A DNA stretch of 32,000 nucleotides from Nitrosomonas europaea (GCF_900167395.1 NZ_FUWK01000003.1:60001-92000); one strand, 5' to 3'. Counted from the stretch's first letter, positions 9,211 to 19,292 are shown. A program made the numbers and translations. Notes: generated from the letters alone by a model not told the origin.

Positions 9211-9690
9211 ATGAGATTGACGACAAAGGGACGGTTTGCGGTAACGGCTCTTCTGGATATCGCGATACGGCATGGTAACGGGCCGGTTGCGCTGGCCGAT
9301 ATCAGTGAGCGGCAAAGGATTTCACTGTCTTACCTGGAACAACTGTTCGCCAAATTGCGCCAGCGCAAACTGGTTGATAGTGTGCGCGGTCCGGGTGGAG
9401 GCTATTGTCTGGCCAAGGGGCTTGACGAAGTATCGGTGGCCGACATCATTCTGGCTGTGGATGAACCCATTGACAGCACGCAATGTGGTGGCAAAGAAAA
9501 CTGTCTTGGTGACAGCAAATGTATGACGCATGACTTATGGGCGAAACTGAACGAGATCATATTTGATTATCTTGGTCACGTTACCTTGAAGCGGCTGGTG
9601 GAGGAGCAGAGTCAGCGTGAGCTGCAACGAGAATTGCAACGTGAGCAGGCAGTCGTCAAGTTGTATGACATGCGGGAAGCTGCGTTCTGA
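9211..9690 (+). CDS. iscR: Rrf2-family [2Fe-2S] transcriptional regulator IscR
   Basis: The N-terminus MRLTTKGRFAVTALLDIA carries a wHTH (ISLSYLEQLFAKLRQRKLVDSVRGPGGGY). The cluster ligands fall at C92, C98, C104 and H107 (QCGGKENCLGDSKCMTH), the same spacing and numbering as E. coli IscR. Confidence 0.9.
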   Translation: MRLTTKGRFAVTALLDIAIRHGNGPVALADISERQRISLSYLEQLFAKLRQRKLVDSVRGPGGGYCLAKGLDEVSVADIILAVDEPIDSTQCGGKENCLGDSKCMTHDLWAKLNEIIFDYLGHVTLKRLVEEQSQRELQRELQREQAVVKLYDMREAAF

Positions 9691-9714
9691 TTATTTGTCT
9701 GTGAGAGATTTTTC

Positions 9715-10044
9715 ATGGCAATTACATTAACTGAGCGTGCAGCCAGGCAGATCCGGCAACAACTGGAGAGGCGGGGGAAAGGGGTTGCATTGCGACTGGG
9801 TGTCAAAAAATCAGGCTGTTCGGGGTTTGCGTACAGTTTTGACTATGCTGACGAAGTGCAGGAAGACGATCAGCTGTTTGAGTCACATGATGCCCAAGTC
9901 GTTGTTCAACGTGACCAGCTGTCTTTCATTGATGGTTCCGAGATCGATTTCATCCAGGAGGGTCTGAACAGCTCGTTTAAATTTCGTAATCCGAACATAG
10001 ATAATACTTGTGGCTGCGGAGAGAGTTTCAGCCTTAAAACCTAG
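9715..10044 (+). CDS. sufA: A-type Fe-S cluster carrier (IscA/SufA/HesB family)
   Basis: The protein is 109 aa. It shows GVALRLGVKKSGCSGFAY plus the C-terminal CGCGESF motif. The three conserved Cys of A-type carriers are present. Confidence 0.85.
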   Translation: MAITLTERAARQIRQQLERRGKGVALRLGVKKSGCSGFAYSFDYADEVQEDDQLFESHDAQVVVQRDQLSFIDGSEIDFIQEGLNSSFKFRNPNIDNTCGCGESFSLKT

Positions 10045-10065
10045 TAAATCCAGGAATTATAAAAA

Positions 10066-11502
10066 ATGAGTGCTGTATTACAACATTTGGTGAATCAGCC
10101 ATATAAGCACGGTTTCGTCACAGATATAGAAGCTGATATTGCGCCTAAAGGGCTCAATGAAGATATTATCCGGCTGATTTCTTCTAAAAAGAATGAACCT
10201 GAATGGTTACTTGCATTCAGGCTGGAGGCTTACCGGAAGTGGCTCGATATGGTCGAGCCTGCCTGGCAGAACGTCAAATATCCCAAAATCGACTTTCAGG
10301 ACATCAGTTATTACTCGGCACCCAAACCGAAGAAAAAGCTTGCCAGTATGGATGAAGTCGATCCCGAATTGTTGCGCACCTTTGAAAAGCTGGGTGTCCC
10401 CATGCATGAGCGGGCAGCTTTGGCGGGAGTTGCCGTCGATGTCATTTTTGATAGTGTATCGGTTGCAACTACCTATAAGGAGAAACTGGCTGAAGTCGGT
10501 ATCATTTTTTGCTCGATTTCAGAGGCTGTGCAGAAATATCCCGAGTTGATCAGGCAGTACCTGGGTACGGTCGTGCCACCAGGGGATAATTACTATGCGG
10601 CACTGAATTCTGCCGTATTTACTGATGGTTCTTTTTGCTTTATCCCTAAGGGCGTCAAATGCCCAATGGATCTATCTACTTATTTCCGTATCAACACAGA
10701 AGAATCCGGGCAGTTTGAGCGTACATTGATCATTGCGGAGGAAGGTGCGTCTGTTTCCTATCTGGAGGGATGTACCGCTCCCCGGTTTGACACCAACCAG
10801 CTTCATGCGGCTGTAGTCGAACTGGTTGCGCTGGATGATGCGGATATCAAGTATTCAACTGTACAGAACTGGTATGCCGGAGATGAGAACGGGGTGGGGG
10901 GTATTTACAATTTCGTTACCAAGCGTGGATTAGCCAAGGGTAGAAATTCCCGTATTTCCTGGACACAGGTGGAAACAGGTTCAGCCATTACCTGGAAATA
11001 CCCTTCGTGCATTTTGCGTGGAGAGAATTCGGTGGGTGAGTTTTATTCCGTTGCGGTGACCAATCATCATCAACAAGCTGATACCGGCACCAAGATGATT
11101 CACATTGGTGCGAATACACGCAGTACCATCGTGAGCAAGGGGATTTCAGCAGGCCAGTCCAACAGCAGTTATCGTGGCCTGGTAAGGATTGCTCCGACTG
11201 CCCGGAATGCCCGCAATTATTCACAGTGTGATTCGATGTTGATTGGCAGCCAATGCGGAGCGCACACTTTCCCGTATATCCAGGTGCAAAATGATAGTGC
11301 ACAAGTTGAGCATGAGGCTTCAACATCTAAAATTGGGGAAGATCAGTTGTTCTATTTTGCCCAGCGCGGTATTGGTGCAGAAGAGGCAGTGTCGATGATT
11401 ATCAATGGTTTTTGCAAGGAGGTTTTTCAGCAGCTGCCTTTGGAATTCGCGGTGGAAGCCACCAAATTGCTCAGCTTCAAGCTGGAAGGAAGTGTCGGAT
11501 GA
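10066..11502 (+). CDS. sufB: Fe-S cluster assembly scaffold protein SufB
   Basis: The protein is 478 aa. Characteristic SufB blocks are [45 protein letters not shown] and the ending [17 protein letters not shown]. Confidence 0.95.
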   Translation: MSAVLQHLVNQPYKHGFVTDIEADIAPKGLNEDIIRLISSKKNEPEWLLAFRLEAYRKWLDMVEPAWQNVKYPKIDFQDISYYSAPKPKKKLASMDEVDPELLRTFEKLGVPMHERAALAGVAVDVIFDSVSVATTYKEKLAEVGIIFCSISEAVQKYPELIRQYLGTVVPPGDNYYAALNSAVFTDGSFCFIPKGVKCPMDLSTYFRINTEESGQFERTLIIAEEGASVSYLEGCTAPRFDTNQLHAAVVELVALDDADIKYSTVQNWYAGDENGVGGIYNFVTKRGLAKGRNSRISWTQVETGSAITWKYPSCILRGENSVGEFYSVAVTNHHQQADTGTKMIHIGANTRSTIVSKGISAGQSNSSYRGLVRIAPTARNARNYSQCDSMLIGSQCGAHTFPYIQVQNDSAQVEHEASTSKIGEDQLFYFAQRGIGAEEAVSMIINGFCKEVFQQLPLEFAVEATKLLSFKLEGSVG

Positions 11503-12290
11503 TAAATGCAAATAGCAAGGTTCTGCTCGAAGTGCGTGATTTGCACGCGACGGTGGGTGGAGCCGAGATTCTCAAGGGGGTGAATCTCACTGTCAGGAGT
11601 GGTGAGATTCATGCCATCATGGGGTTGAATGGTTCAGGCAAGAGTACCTTCGCCAAGGTGCTGGCTGGTCATCCGAGTTATGAAGTAACCCAAGGTACGG
11701 TACTTTTCGATGGCCAGGATTTGTCAGTACTGGCACCAGAGGAACGTGCGCAAGCCGGTCTATTTCTCGCGTTCCAATATCCGGTGGAAATACCGGGTGT
11801 TGCCAATGACCAGTTCCTGAGGCTGGCGTATAACACCGTCCAGGGACACCGTGGCAAGGAAGAGTTGGATCCTCTCGAATTCGATGATTTCGTGCGGGAA
11901 AAAATGAAATTGCTCAAGATGAATCCGGATTTTCTCGATCGCAGCGTCAATGAAGGATTTTCAGGAGGGGAGAAGAAACGTAACGAGATATTGCAGATGG
12001 CGTTGCTTGAGCCTCGCCTCGCTCTGCTGGATGAAACGGACTCAGGACTGGATATCGATGCACTCAGGATAGTAGCAAACGGGGTCAATCAGTTATCCAG
12101 CAAGGATAATGCCATGATTCTGGTGACGCACTATCAACGATTGCTGGATTATATCGTCCCTGACTACGTTCACGTGATGGAGGCAGGGCGCATCATCAGG
12201 ACAAGCGGCAAAGAGCTGGCGTTGGCATTGGAAACACACGGCTATGACTGGATTCATGCAAATGATCAGGCAACCGGAGCACAGCCATGA
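11499..12290 (+). CDS. sufC: Fe-S cluster assembly ATPase SufC
   Basis: Walker [10 protein letters not shown], the signature variant [13 protein letters not shown] and Walker [13 protein letters not shown] are present. The start ATG 11499 overlaps the sufB stop (ATGA). The track ORF start at 11412 lies inside sufB. Confidence 0.95.
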   Translation: MINANSKVLLEVRDLHATVGGAEILKGVNLTVRSGEIHAIMGLNGSGKSTFAKVLAGHPSYEVTQGTVLFDGQDLSVLAPEERAQAGLFLAFQYPVEIPGVANDQFLRLAYNTVQGHRGKEELDPLEFDDFVREKMKLLKMNPDFLDRSVNEGFSGGEKKRNEILQMALLEPRLALLDETDSGLDIDALRIVANGVNQLSSKDNAMILVTHYQRLLDYIVPDYVHVMEAGRIIRTSGKELALALETHGYDWIHANDQATGAQP

Positions 12291-13594
12291 GTACGGCCAT
12301 CCGGGATGATTACCTTGAGAAGCTGATCGAATCCTGGAAAAAGGAAGCCTCTCCTGTTCATTCCGTATCGTATCTGGATCAGCTCCGGGAGGATGCGCTG
12401 GATCGTATCGAATCACTCAGACTACCCACGATCCGTGATGAGGAGTGGCGTTTCACGGATATTTCCTCACTCAGGAGCATGCCGTTTCCGAGGGCTTCTG
12501 CCGCGCCTTTACCGGGGCTGGATAAACAGGCAGGTACTTTTCTCGATGAGACCGCTTGCAGACTGGTGTTTGTTGATGGTCAGTACATGTCTGGCTTGTC
12601 CAGTCTGGCAGATGACGGTTCTATCACTGTTTGCAGTTTGTCCGAGTTGATCGGTACACGTGCTTCCATTGCCGAACGATATTTTGGCCAGCTTGCTGAT
12701 TTCCAGGAAAACGTATTCGTAGCACTGAATACTGCGTTGATGCATGACGGTGTTTGTATCGTCATACCGGCCGGTGTTTCCGTGAAAGTACCAGTTCATA
12801 TTCTGTATGTCACCTCTCGGAAGGATGTGGCTGTCTATCCACGTTGCCTCTTGATTGCGGAACCGGGGGCTAACGTGACCGTTGTCGAAGAATATGTGAC
12901 GTTGTATGAGGGAGCATCTCTGACAAACGCAGTAACGGAAATGTATATCAGAGATTCAGCTTGTGTGAATCATATCCGTGTGCAACGTGAGAGTTCGCAG
13001 GCTTTCCATATCGCCAATGGTTCTGTGCTTGTTGCACAGTCGGCTCATTATGATTCAGTCAGTCTTGCACTGGGTGCACGCATTTCGCGTTTTGACCAGA
13101 AGATCATACTGGCAGGCGGGAATGCTGAGTGCGAGGTGGATGGACTGGCACTGATAGCCGGTCGTCAGCTCGCGGATACACATACTTTTATTGATCATGC
13201 CAATCCGCATTGCCGAAGCAGGCAGCTCCACAAATGTATCGTGGATGAAAGTGCTCACGGTGTTTTCAGTGGAAAAATCATGGTGCGCCCGCATGCGCAA
13301 CAGACGGATGCCAGACAGTTGAACCGTAACCTGTTGTTGTCGGACAAAGCTCGTATGGATACCAAACCCCAGCTCGAGATTTTTGCCGATGACGTTAAAT
13401 GTGCCCATGGGGCTACGGTGGGGCAATTGGACAACGAGTCGCTTTTTTATTTGCGGAGCAGAGGGCTTACTGAAGTGGCGGCACGCAATTTGCTGACTTA
13501 TGCATTTGGTGGGGAAGTCATCAATCGTGTCATCGTGCCCTCGCTCAAACAGCGGCTTGAAGAATATATTCTCGCAAGAACACGAATTGGTTAA
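12287..13594 (+). CDS. sufD: Fe-S cluster assembly protein SufD
   Basis: The protein is 435 aa and is a SufB/SufD-family beta-helix protein ([31 protein letters not shown]). It has an ATGA overlap with the sufC stop. Confidence 0.9.
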   Translation: MSTAIRDDYLEKLIESWKKEASPVHSVSYLDQLREDALDRIESLRLPTIRDEEWRFTDISSLRSMPFPRASAAPLPGLDKQAGTFLDETACRLVFVDGQYMSGLSSLADDGSITVCSLSELIGTRASIAERYFGQLADFQENVFVALNTALMHDGVCIVIPAGVSVKVPVHILYVTSRKDVAVYPRCLLIAEPGANVTVVEEYVTLYEGASLTNAVTEMYIRDSACVNHIRVQRESSQAFHIANGSVLVAQSAHYDSVSLALGARISRFDQKIILAGGNAECEVDGLALIAGRQLADTHTFIDHANPHCRSRQLHKCIVDESAHGVFSGKIMVRPHAQQTDARQLNRNLLLSDKARMDTKPQLEIFADDVKCAHGATVGQLDNESLFYLRSRGLTEVAARNLLTYAFGGEVINRVIVPSLKQRLEEYILARTRIG

Positions 13595-13597
13595 ATC

Positions 13598-14866
13598 ATG
13601 AAAATGGTCGATGCATTATTGACACCTTCTGTACGACAGACGATAGCATCCGGAATGGAGCGGTTGCGTGCAGATTTCCCGATTCTTGATATCAAGGTGG
13701 GTGACAAACCACTGGTTTATCTCGACAACGCTGCTTCCAGTCAGATGCCGCAAGCCGTAATCGATCGCCTGGTGCATTACCAGAAAACCCAGCATGCCAA
13801 TATTCATCGCGCGGTACATCATTTATCCGATCTCGCCACCCAGGAGTATGAGGCCGCTCGGCGCAAGCTGCAGCATTTCATCGGTGCCCGTGAAGAGAGA
13901 GAGGTGATTTTCACCAGTGGTACGACTGACAGTATCAATCTGGTTATGCATGGATATGGACGTAAATTTATTCAGAATGGAGATGAAATCATCCTGACAG
14001 CGCTTGAGCACCATTCCAATATCGTGCCATGGCAAATGCTGGCTGAAGAAAAAGGTGCGCGTATCCGGGTAGTTCCGATCAACGATGCGGGCGAGCTTCT
14101 GGTGGATGAATATGAAAAACTTTTCAATTCCAGAACCCGGTTTGTGGGTTTGTCACATGTTTCCAATGCACTGGGCAGTATCAACCCGATCAAACGCATG
14201 ATTGCCACGGCGCATCAGCACGGTGTGCCTGTTCTGATCGATGGTGCCCAGGCAGCACCCCACATGAAAATCGATGTGCAGGATCTCGACTGTGATTTTT
14301 ATGCATTTTCAGCACATAAAATGTGTGGCCCTACCGGGGTCGGTATTCTATACGGTAAAGCACATCTGCTTGAATCCATGCAGCCATTCAAAGGGGGGGG
14401 GGATATGATTGCCTCAGTCTCCTTTGAAAAAACGACCTACAACGATATTCCGTACAAGTTTGAGGCGGGTACTCCTCCCATTGCTGCAGTAATAGGCTTT
14501 GGTGCTGCCATTGATTATCTGGAACAGATCGGCCTGGATGCCATTGCCGCTTATGAACATGAGTTGCTGGTTTATGCATCAGAACAGATCAGGATGATTC
14601 CAGGTGTGAGAATCGTGGGTGATTGTCCGGATAAAGTGGCAGTAATATCGTTTGTCGTGGATGGTATTCATCCGCATGATGTCGGCACGTTACTGAATCA
14701 GGATGGAATCGCCGTACGCACGGGCCACCATTGTGCGCAGCCGATCATGCAGCGTTTCAATGTAGCGGCGACATCACGTGCTTCATTTTCGTTTTATAAC
14801 ACTAAAGAAGAGATCGAGGTCCTGGTGGCGGGTATTCGATCCGTACAAAAGGTTTTCGCACAATGA
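13598..14866 (+). CDS. sufS: Cysteine desulfurase SufS (class II aminotransferase-V)
   Basis: The protein is 422 aa. The PLP-lysine region is FSAHKMCGPTGVG and the active-site Cys loop is RTGHHCAQP. The family-typical YLDNAASSQ lies near the N-terminus. Confidence 0.95.
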   Translation: MKMVDALLTPSVRQTIASGMERLRADFPILDIKVGDKPLVYLDNAASSQMPQAVIDRLVHYQKTQHANIHRAVHHLSDLATQEYEAARRKLQHFIGAREEREVIFTSGTTDSINLVMHGYGRKFIQNGDEIILTALEHHSNIVPWQMLAEEKGARIRVVPINDAGELLVDEYEKLFNSRTRFVGLSHVSNALGSINPIKRMIATAHQHGVPVLIDGAQAAPHMKIDVQDLDCDFYAFSAHKMCGPTGVGILYGKAHLLESMQPFKGGGDMIASVSFEKTTYNDIPYKFEAGTPPIAAVIGFGAAIDYLEQIGLDAIAAYEHELLVYASEQIRMIPGVRIVGDCPDKVAVISFVVDGIHPHDVGTLLNQDGIAVRTGHHCAQPIMQRFNVAATSRASFSFYNTKEEIEVLVAGIRSVQKVFAQ

Positions 14867-15342
14867 GTCTGAAATCGATCTATCAGGAAGTCATTCTTGA
14901 TCATAATCGTAAGCCGCGTAACTATGGTGCACTTCGTTCGCCTACTCATCATGCGACGGGACATAATCCTTTGTGTGGTGATCGCATAGAGCTGGATATC
15001 AATATGCTCGACGGGCATATCGAGGAAATCGCATTCCAGGGTGAATCCTGTGCGATCTGTAAGGCATCTTCTTCGATGATGACGAATGCTGTCAAAGGGA
15101 AATCACATCAGGAAGCTGAGGCTCTGATTCAGGAATTCAGAGAAATGCTGGTAAGTGGAGAGGACAAGAGCTTCGATCACCTCGGCAGGCTGAAGGTACT
15201 TGCGGGGGTGCGTGATTTACCGACTCGGGTCAAGTGCGCGATTCTGCCGTGGCATACCTTGCATGCTGCCATGAATTCAACGGATAGTGCCACGACAGAA
15301 GCAGATGATCATGCAAGCAAACTGGTAGCAAACAATCACTGA
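14863..15342 (+). CDS. sufU: SufU-type (zinc-dependent) sulfur-transfer/scaffold protein, NifU-N family
   Basis: The sequence aligns along its length with B. subtilis SufU as I recall it: YQEVILDHNRKPRN, NPLCGD, GESCAICKASSSMM and RVKCAILPW. It has no LPPVK motif and no SufE-like sequence. It has an ATGA overlap with the sufS stop. Confidence 0.8.
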   Translation: MSLKSIYQEVILDHNRKPRNYGALRSPTHHATGHNPLCGDRIELDINMLDGHIEEIAFQGESCAICKASSSMMTNAVKGKSHQEAEALIQEFREMLVSGEDKSFDHLGRLKVLAGVRDLPTRVKCAILPWHTLHAAMNSTDSATTEADDHASKLVANNH

Positions 15343-15347
15343 CAGCT

Positions 15348-15908
15348 ATGCCGAAGATTGCCGAAATCGAAGGAACCCCCAATCCCAATGCATTGAAATT
15401 TGTCCTGAAGGAGCCACTGACTTGGGGAGTTGCTAAATCTTATGATCATGCCGAGCAGGCAGTTGATGATCCGCTTGCTGCTGCTTTGTTCGATATTGAT
15501 CACGTTACCAATGTCTTTTATGTAGATCGCTGGATCACGATTACACAGGATGGAGGAGCAGACTGGCAGGATCTGGCACGTGAGGTGGCAGATCCGATTC
15601 GTGCAGCGCCGGCTGCAACGGATCAGTCGGCTGCCGTCGTTGCTGCAGCCAGTAGAACACTGGCTGATCTCAGTGAAGAGGATCAGCAGCGGCTGGAGCG
15701 AATCAATATCCTGCTGGATGAAGAAGTTCGTCCCTTTTTGCAGCATGATGGTGGTGATCTTCATGTACTGGCACTGGAAGGTAATATTCTGCGTATTCAC
15801 TATCAGGGGGCATGTGGTACCTGTCCCAGCTCGATTTCCGGAACGTTGAGAGGAATTGAACAGCTTCTGAGGACGATTGAGCCGGATATCCGGGTAGTAT
15901 CTGCCTGA
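15348..15908 (+). CDS. Nfu-type Fe-S cluster carrier (Nfu_N domain plus NifU C-terminal CXXC domain)
   Basis: The N-terminal block TPNPNALKFVL marks the Nfu_N domain. The C-terminal block VRPFLQHDGGDLHVLALEGNILRIHYQGACGTCPSS marks the NifU C-terminal domain. The fully overlapping antisense ORF 15336-15914 has no recognisable motifs and was rejected. Confidence 0.8.
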   Translation: MPKIAEIEGTPNPNALKFVLKEPLTWGVAKSYDHAEQAVDDPLAAALFDIDHVTNVFYVDRWITITQDGGADWQDLAREVADPIRAAPAATDQSAAVVAAASRTLADLSEEDQQRLERINILLDEEVRPFLQHDGGDLHVLALEGNILRIHYQGACGTCPSSISGTLRGIEQLLRTIEPDIRVVSA

Positions 15909-15987
15909 CACCATACTTACGATCTGTACAAAAATTCTTCAAAATGACTGGTTTTTACGAGAAGTGGAGATCAGTTGCCAATACAGT

Positions 15988-16009
15988 TTATGCCATGAAC
16001 ATGGCATAA
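15988..16009. repeat. Perfect inverted repeat TTATGCCATG-AA-CATGGCATAA
   Basis: Read directly from the sequence: 10-bp arms with a 2-nt spacer, 80 nt downstream of the nfu stop. No U-tract follows it. Its right arm overlaps a sigma-54-like TGGCAT-N5-GTGCT (16002-16017). Confidence 0.8.
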
Positions 16010-16315
16010 CTGGTGCTACGCATATTCTTCGTGGAGCCTGGATTCTGATTGGCTCACTGCCTTTCCTGATCAGAGAGATAAACTCCGTTCAGAGCTGTAT
16101 CATGCTTTTGTGATCGCTGCACGTAATCCCCTTTCAACGCTACTGCCTTCATCGTCTGTCTGCTGTTCTTCAGGTGTGGTATTTATCCTTTTATATATGG
16201 GTAAATAGCTTTTTAATGTATGCTGATCGCGACGGAAATGGTTTTATCCGGTATTCCGTTTAGATATCAGGTTGTTTCGGTGTTAAAACATATAATCCCT
16301 GTTGATTTCATAAAT

Positions 16316-16342
16316 TTGCCAACCTGCTGGTTGTGCTATAAC
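16316..16342 (+). promoter_or_regulatory. Candidate sigma-70 promoter for the TPR lipoprotein gene (extended -10)
   Basis: TTGCCA (16316-16321) is followed by a 15-nt spacer and then TGcTATAAC (16334-16342). This is a motif match only. Confidence 0.25.
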
Positions 16343-16440
16343 TACTCGATTGAATGATATTCGGATAAAAACCGTAACTTCAGGTTTGTTTCGAGGGGCA
16401 TCTTGCAAATTTATGTACTTAATTACCAAAAGAGGTAGAT

Positions 16441-19230
16441 ATGAGCGGTTCAGGTAAAACGATCACCCAAATGAAATCGACGGCAATTCTTGCTCCTGTG
16501 ATAGCCGTTATCCTGATACTTTCAGCCTGCGGTAAACCCATGGATGCACAAGCGCTGGTGGCCGAGGCAAAGCAGTATCAGCAGCAGGGTAATGACAAGG
16601 CGGCCATTATCCAGTTGAAGAATGCGCTGCAGCAAAGCCCGAATGATCCTGAAATCCGCTACTTGCTTGGAACGCTCTATAACAGGGAAGGAGATATTCA
16701 GTCGGCAGAAAAGGAATTGAATAAAGCGCTCGATCTCGGTATGGATCCGGTCAAAGTGTTGCCCGGCCTGAGTCGAGCCTGGCTGGGAATGGGAAAATTT
16801 CAGCAGGTGCTGGATGAAACCGGAAAATTATCCGACAAAGGAAATTTTGCCGAACTGCTTGCTCTGCGTGGTAATGCTTCGCTGGCGCTCGGCAAATTTG
16901 AAGAAGCCAAGGTATTGTTTGAACAGGCGTTGCAAGACAAACCGGGATTTTCAGATGCGTTGACAGGGCTGGCCAGATATTCACTTGCTCGTAACGATAT
17001 TGAATCGGCTATGAATTTTTCTGAAGAAGCGGTGAAGCTCAACCCGGAAAACAGTGATGCGGTATTGTTCAGAGGCGATTTGCTGCGGGCGCAGAACAAA
17101 ATCGACGAAGCACTGGCCGATTATGATAAAGCCATAAAATTGAACCCTGAATCAGAAGCTGCGTATATCAACCGGGCAACCATATCGATCAGTACCAAGA
17201 AATTCGAAGCTGCTCAGGCAGATCTGGATGCTGTTCGCAAAATTGCTCCAGGCAGTCTGCTTGCCGCTTACACTCAGGCGTTACTTGACTTCAGTCAGGG
17301 TAAACATGCGGTGGCCCTTGAGACTTTGCAACGGATATTGAGTTCGGCCCCGGGTCATTTACCGAGTGTACTGCTTGCAGGTGCTACCCAATTTGCTCTG
17401 GGTTCGTTTCCTCAGGCGGGGCAATATGTGGAACAATATCTGAAAGCAATTCCTAACAATCTTTATGCCATTAAGCTGATGGCATCGATTCAGCTGAAAA
17501 ATAATCAGGTCAAACAGGCAATTACCACCCTTACTCCGGCATTGAAGTCAGTGCAGCAGGATCCGCAATTATTTGCGCTTGCTGGAGAAGCCTACATGCG
17601 ATCGAAAGATTTTACGAAAGCTTCCGAATATTTTGAGAAAGCTGGCGAACTGGCGCCAGACAATGCATCATTATATACCGCGCTGGCCATGAGCAAGATG
17701 GGGCAGGGGGATAGCAAAAGTGCAATTGCTGATCTGGAACAGGCTGCCCAGCTGGATGATCAATCCGGCCGGGCGGGCGTTATGCTTGTTCTGACTCATT
17801 TGCAGCTGCGCGAGTTTGACAAAGCATTGAAAGCAGTTGAATCACAGCTTGCGGAACAACCGGATAATCCGTTGCTGCATAACCTGAAAGGTGGCATTTA
17901 TCTGGGTAAAAAAGATTTAGCCAAAGCACGTTCAAGCTTCAATCAGGCACTTTCCATCCAGTCTGATTATTTCCCGGCCATTTCCAATCTGGCCAGAATC
18001 GATATGCAGGAAAACCATCCTGAAGCAGCTCAGCAGCGTTTTGAAGACGTTCTGAAGCGGGATAAAAAAAATGTACAGGCAATGAATGCACTGGCGGGCA
18101 TTGCACTTGCACGCGGAAATAAAGAAGAGGCCACCGGATGGCTGGAAAAAGCCAGTCGGGAAAATCCGGATGAACTGCAACCTGCTTTACAGTTGGGAGC
18201 GCATTATCTGGCAGTGAATGATCCCGGGAAATCACTTGCGCTGGCTAAGAAGCTGCAAGGTATTCATCCCGATAATCTGAGTATCGTGGAACTGCTCGCA
18301 CGTTCTTACTTGGCCACTGGTGATAAAGATGCTGCACTGGAAAATTTCCAGAAACTGGCTGCCAGATTACCGGATTCTGCTCCTGCCCAGTTACAATTGG
18401 CGCAAATCTACAGCTCCATGCAGAACAACAAGGCCGCTGCTGGTTCACTAAAAAAGGCGCTGACCATCAAACCGGATCTCTGGGAAGCCAAACTGATGCA
18501 GGCCCAGCTGGCAGTCGCAGCCGATCGTGTGGAAGATGCGTTCAATATTTCGCATGATTTACAGAAGCAGCACGAGAAACTGCCGGTTGGATTCGAGCTG
18601 GAGGGTGATTTGCAGATGAGGCAGAAAAATGCCGCTGCCGCTGCTACAGCCTATGAAAAGGCACTAAGCAGGCAAAAGAACAGCCAGTTGCTGATCAAAC
18701 TGCATACGGCCCTGAGTCAGAGTGGAAAAGAAAAGCAGGCTGATCAGCGACTCAATCAATGGCTGAAAGAAAATCCGACCGATGCGGTTACACGTACCTA
18801 TCTCGCAGGTGTTTATCTGGCCAGCAAGAAATATGATCCTGCTATCAAAGAGTATCAGACTATCTTGAAGCAGCATCCCGATCATGCTGCCACATTGAAC
18901 AACCTGGCGTGGGTATATCAGCAGAAGAAGGATCCTGTTGCTCTTGAATATGCGGAGAAGGCATACAAACAGGCGCCCGACAGTCCAGCTATCCTGGACA
19001 CACTCGGCTGGATTTTGATCGAGAAGGGAGATGCTGAACGAGGAACTTCACTCCTGCAGAAAGCAGTCACGGCCGTTCCGGAAGCTGCAGAAATCCGTTA
19101 TCACTACGCGGTCGGATTATTCAAATCCGGCAACAAGGCTGAAGCACGTCAGGAGCTTGAGAAACTACTGGGTGGCGATAAACCGTTCCCTCAGAGAGAT
19201 GATGCGAAAAAGCTGCTTGAAAGCCTGTGA
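16441..19230 (+). CDS. prsT: Large TPR-repeat lipoprotein resembling the PEP-CTERM system protein PrsT (929 aa)
   Basis: The lipoprotein signal has the lipobox ILSAC (Cys30). The remainder is an uninterrupted array of TPR units (...AAIIQLKNALQQSPNDPEIRYLLGTLY...). Size and N-terminal pattern match the PEP_TPR_lipo family as I remember it. RBS AGAGG lies 6 nt upstream of ATG 16441. Confidence 0.7.
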   Translation: MSGSGKTITQMKSTAILAPVIAVILILSACGKPMDAQALVAEAKQYQQQGNDKAAIIQLKNALQQSPNDPEIRYLLGTLYNREGDIQSAEKELNKALDLGMDPVKVLPGLSRAWLGMGKFQQVLDETGKLSDKGNFAELLALRGNASLALGKFEEAKVLFEQALQDKPGFSDALTGLARYSLARNDIESAMNFSEEAVKLNPENSDAVLFRGDLLRAQNKIDEALADYDKAIKLNPESEAAYINRATISISTKKFEAAQADLDAVRKIAPGSLLAAYTQALLDFSQGKHAVALETLQRILSSAPGHLPSVLLAGATQFALGSFPQAGQYVEQYLKAIPNNLYAIKLMASIQLKNNQVKQAITTLTPALKSVQQDPQLFALAGEAYMRSKDFTKASEYFEKAGELAPDNASLYTALAMSKMGQGDSKSAIADLEQAAQLDDQSGRAGVMLVLTHLQLREFDKALKAVESQLAEQPDNPLLHNLKGGIYLGKKDLAKARSSFNQALSIQSDYFPAISNLARIDMQENHPEAAQQRFEDVLKRDKKNVQAMNALAGIALARGNKEEATGWLEKASRENPDELQPALQLGAHYLAVNDPGKSLALAKKLQGIHPDNLSIVELLARSYLATGDKDAALENFQKLAARLPDSAPAQLQLAQIYSSMQNNKAAAGSLKKALTIKPDLWEAKLMQAQLAVAADRVEDAFNISHDLQKQHEKLPVGFELEGDLQMRQKNAAAAATAYEKALSRQKNSQLLIKLHTALSQSGKEKQADQRLNQWLKENPTDAVTRTYLAGVYLASKKYDPAIKEYQTILKQHPDHAATLNNLAWVYQQKKDPVALEYAEKAYKQAPDSPAILDTLGWILIEKGDAERGTSLLQKAVTAVPEAAEIRYHYAVGLFKSGNKAEARQELEKLLGGDKPFPQRDDAKKLLESL

Positions 19231-19292
19231 CAAAACAGCACCGGTAAATTATTTTCGAAGTGATCGATACTGAGGATGCAGTAAACCGGTGA

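Noticed and set aside
9600-9650. An imperfect 12-nt tandem repeat encoding SQRELQRELQREQ at the IscR C-terminus.
   Set aside because: There are only about 2.5 copies, within a predicted C-terminal helix. This is probably a trivial slippage or coiled-coil feature, and there is no evidence of phase variation.
15336-15914. A 192-aa minus-strand ORF exactly overlapping the nfu gene.
   Set aside because: The plus-strand product has clear Nfu_N and NifU-C (CGTCPSS) motifs and sits in operon register. The antisense product is Cys/Arg/Ser-rich and has no motif.
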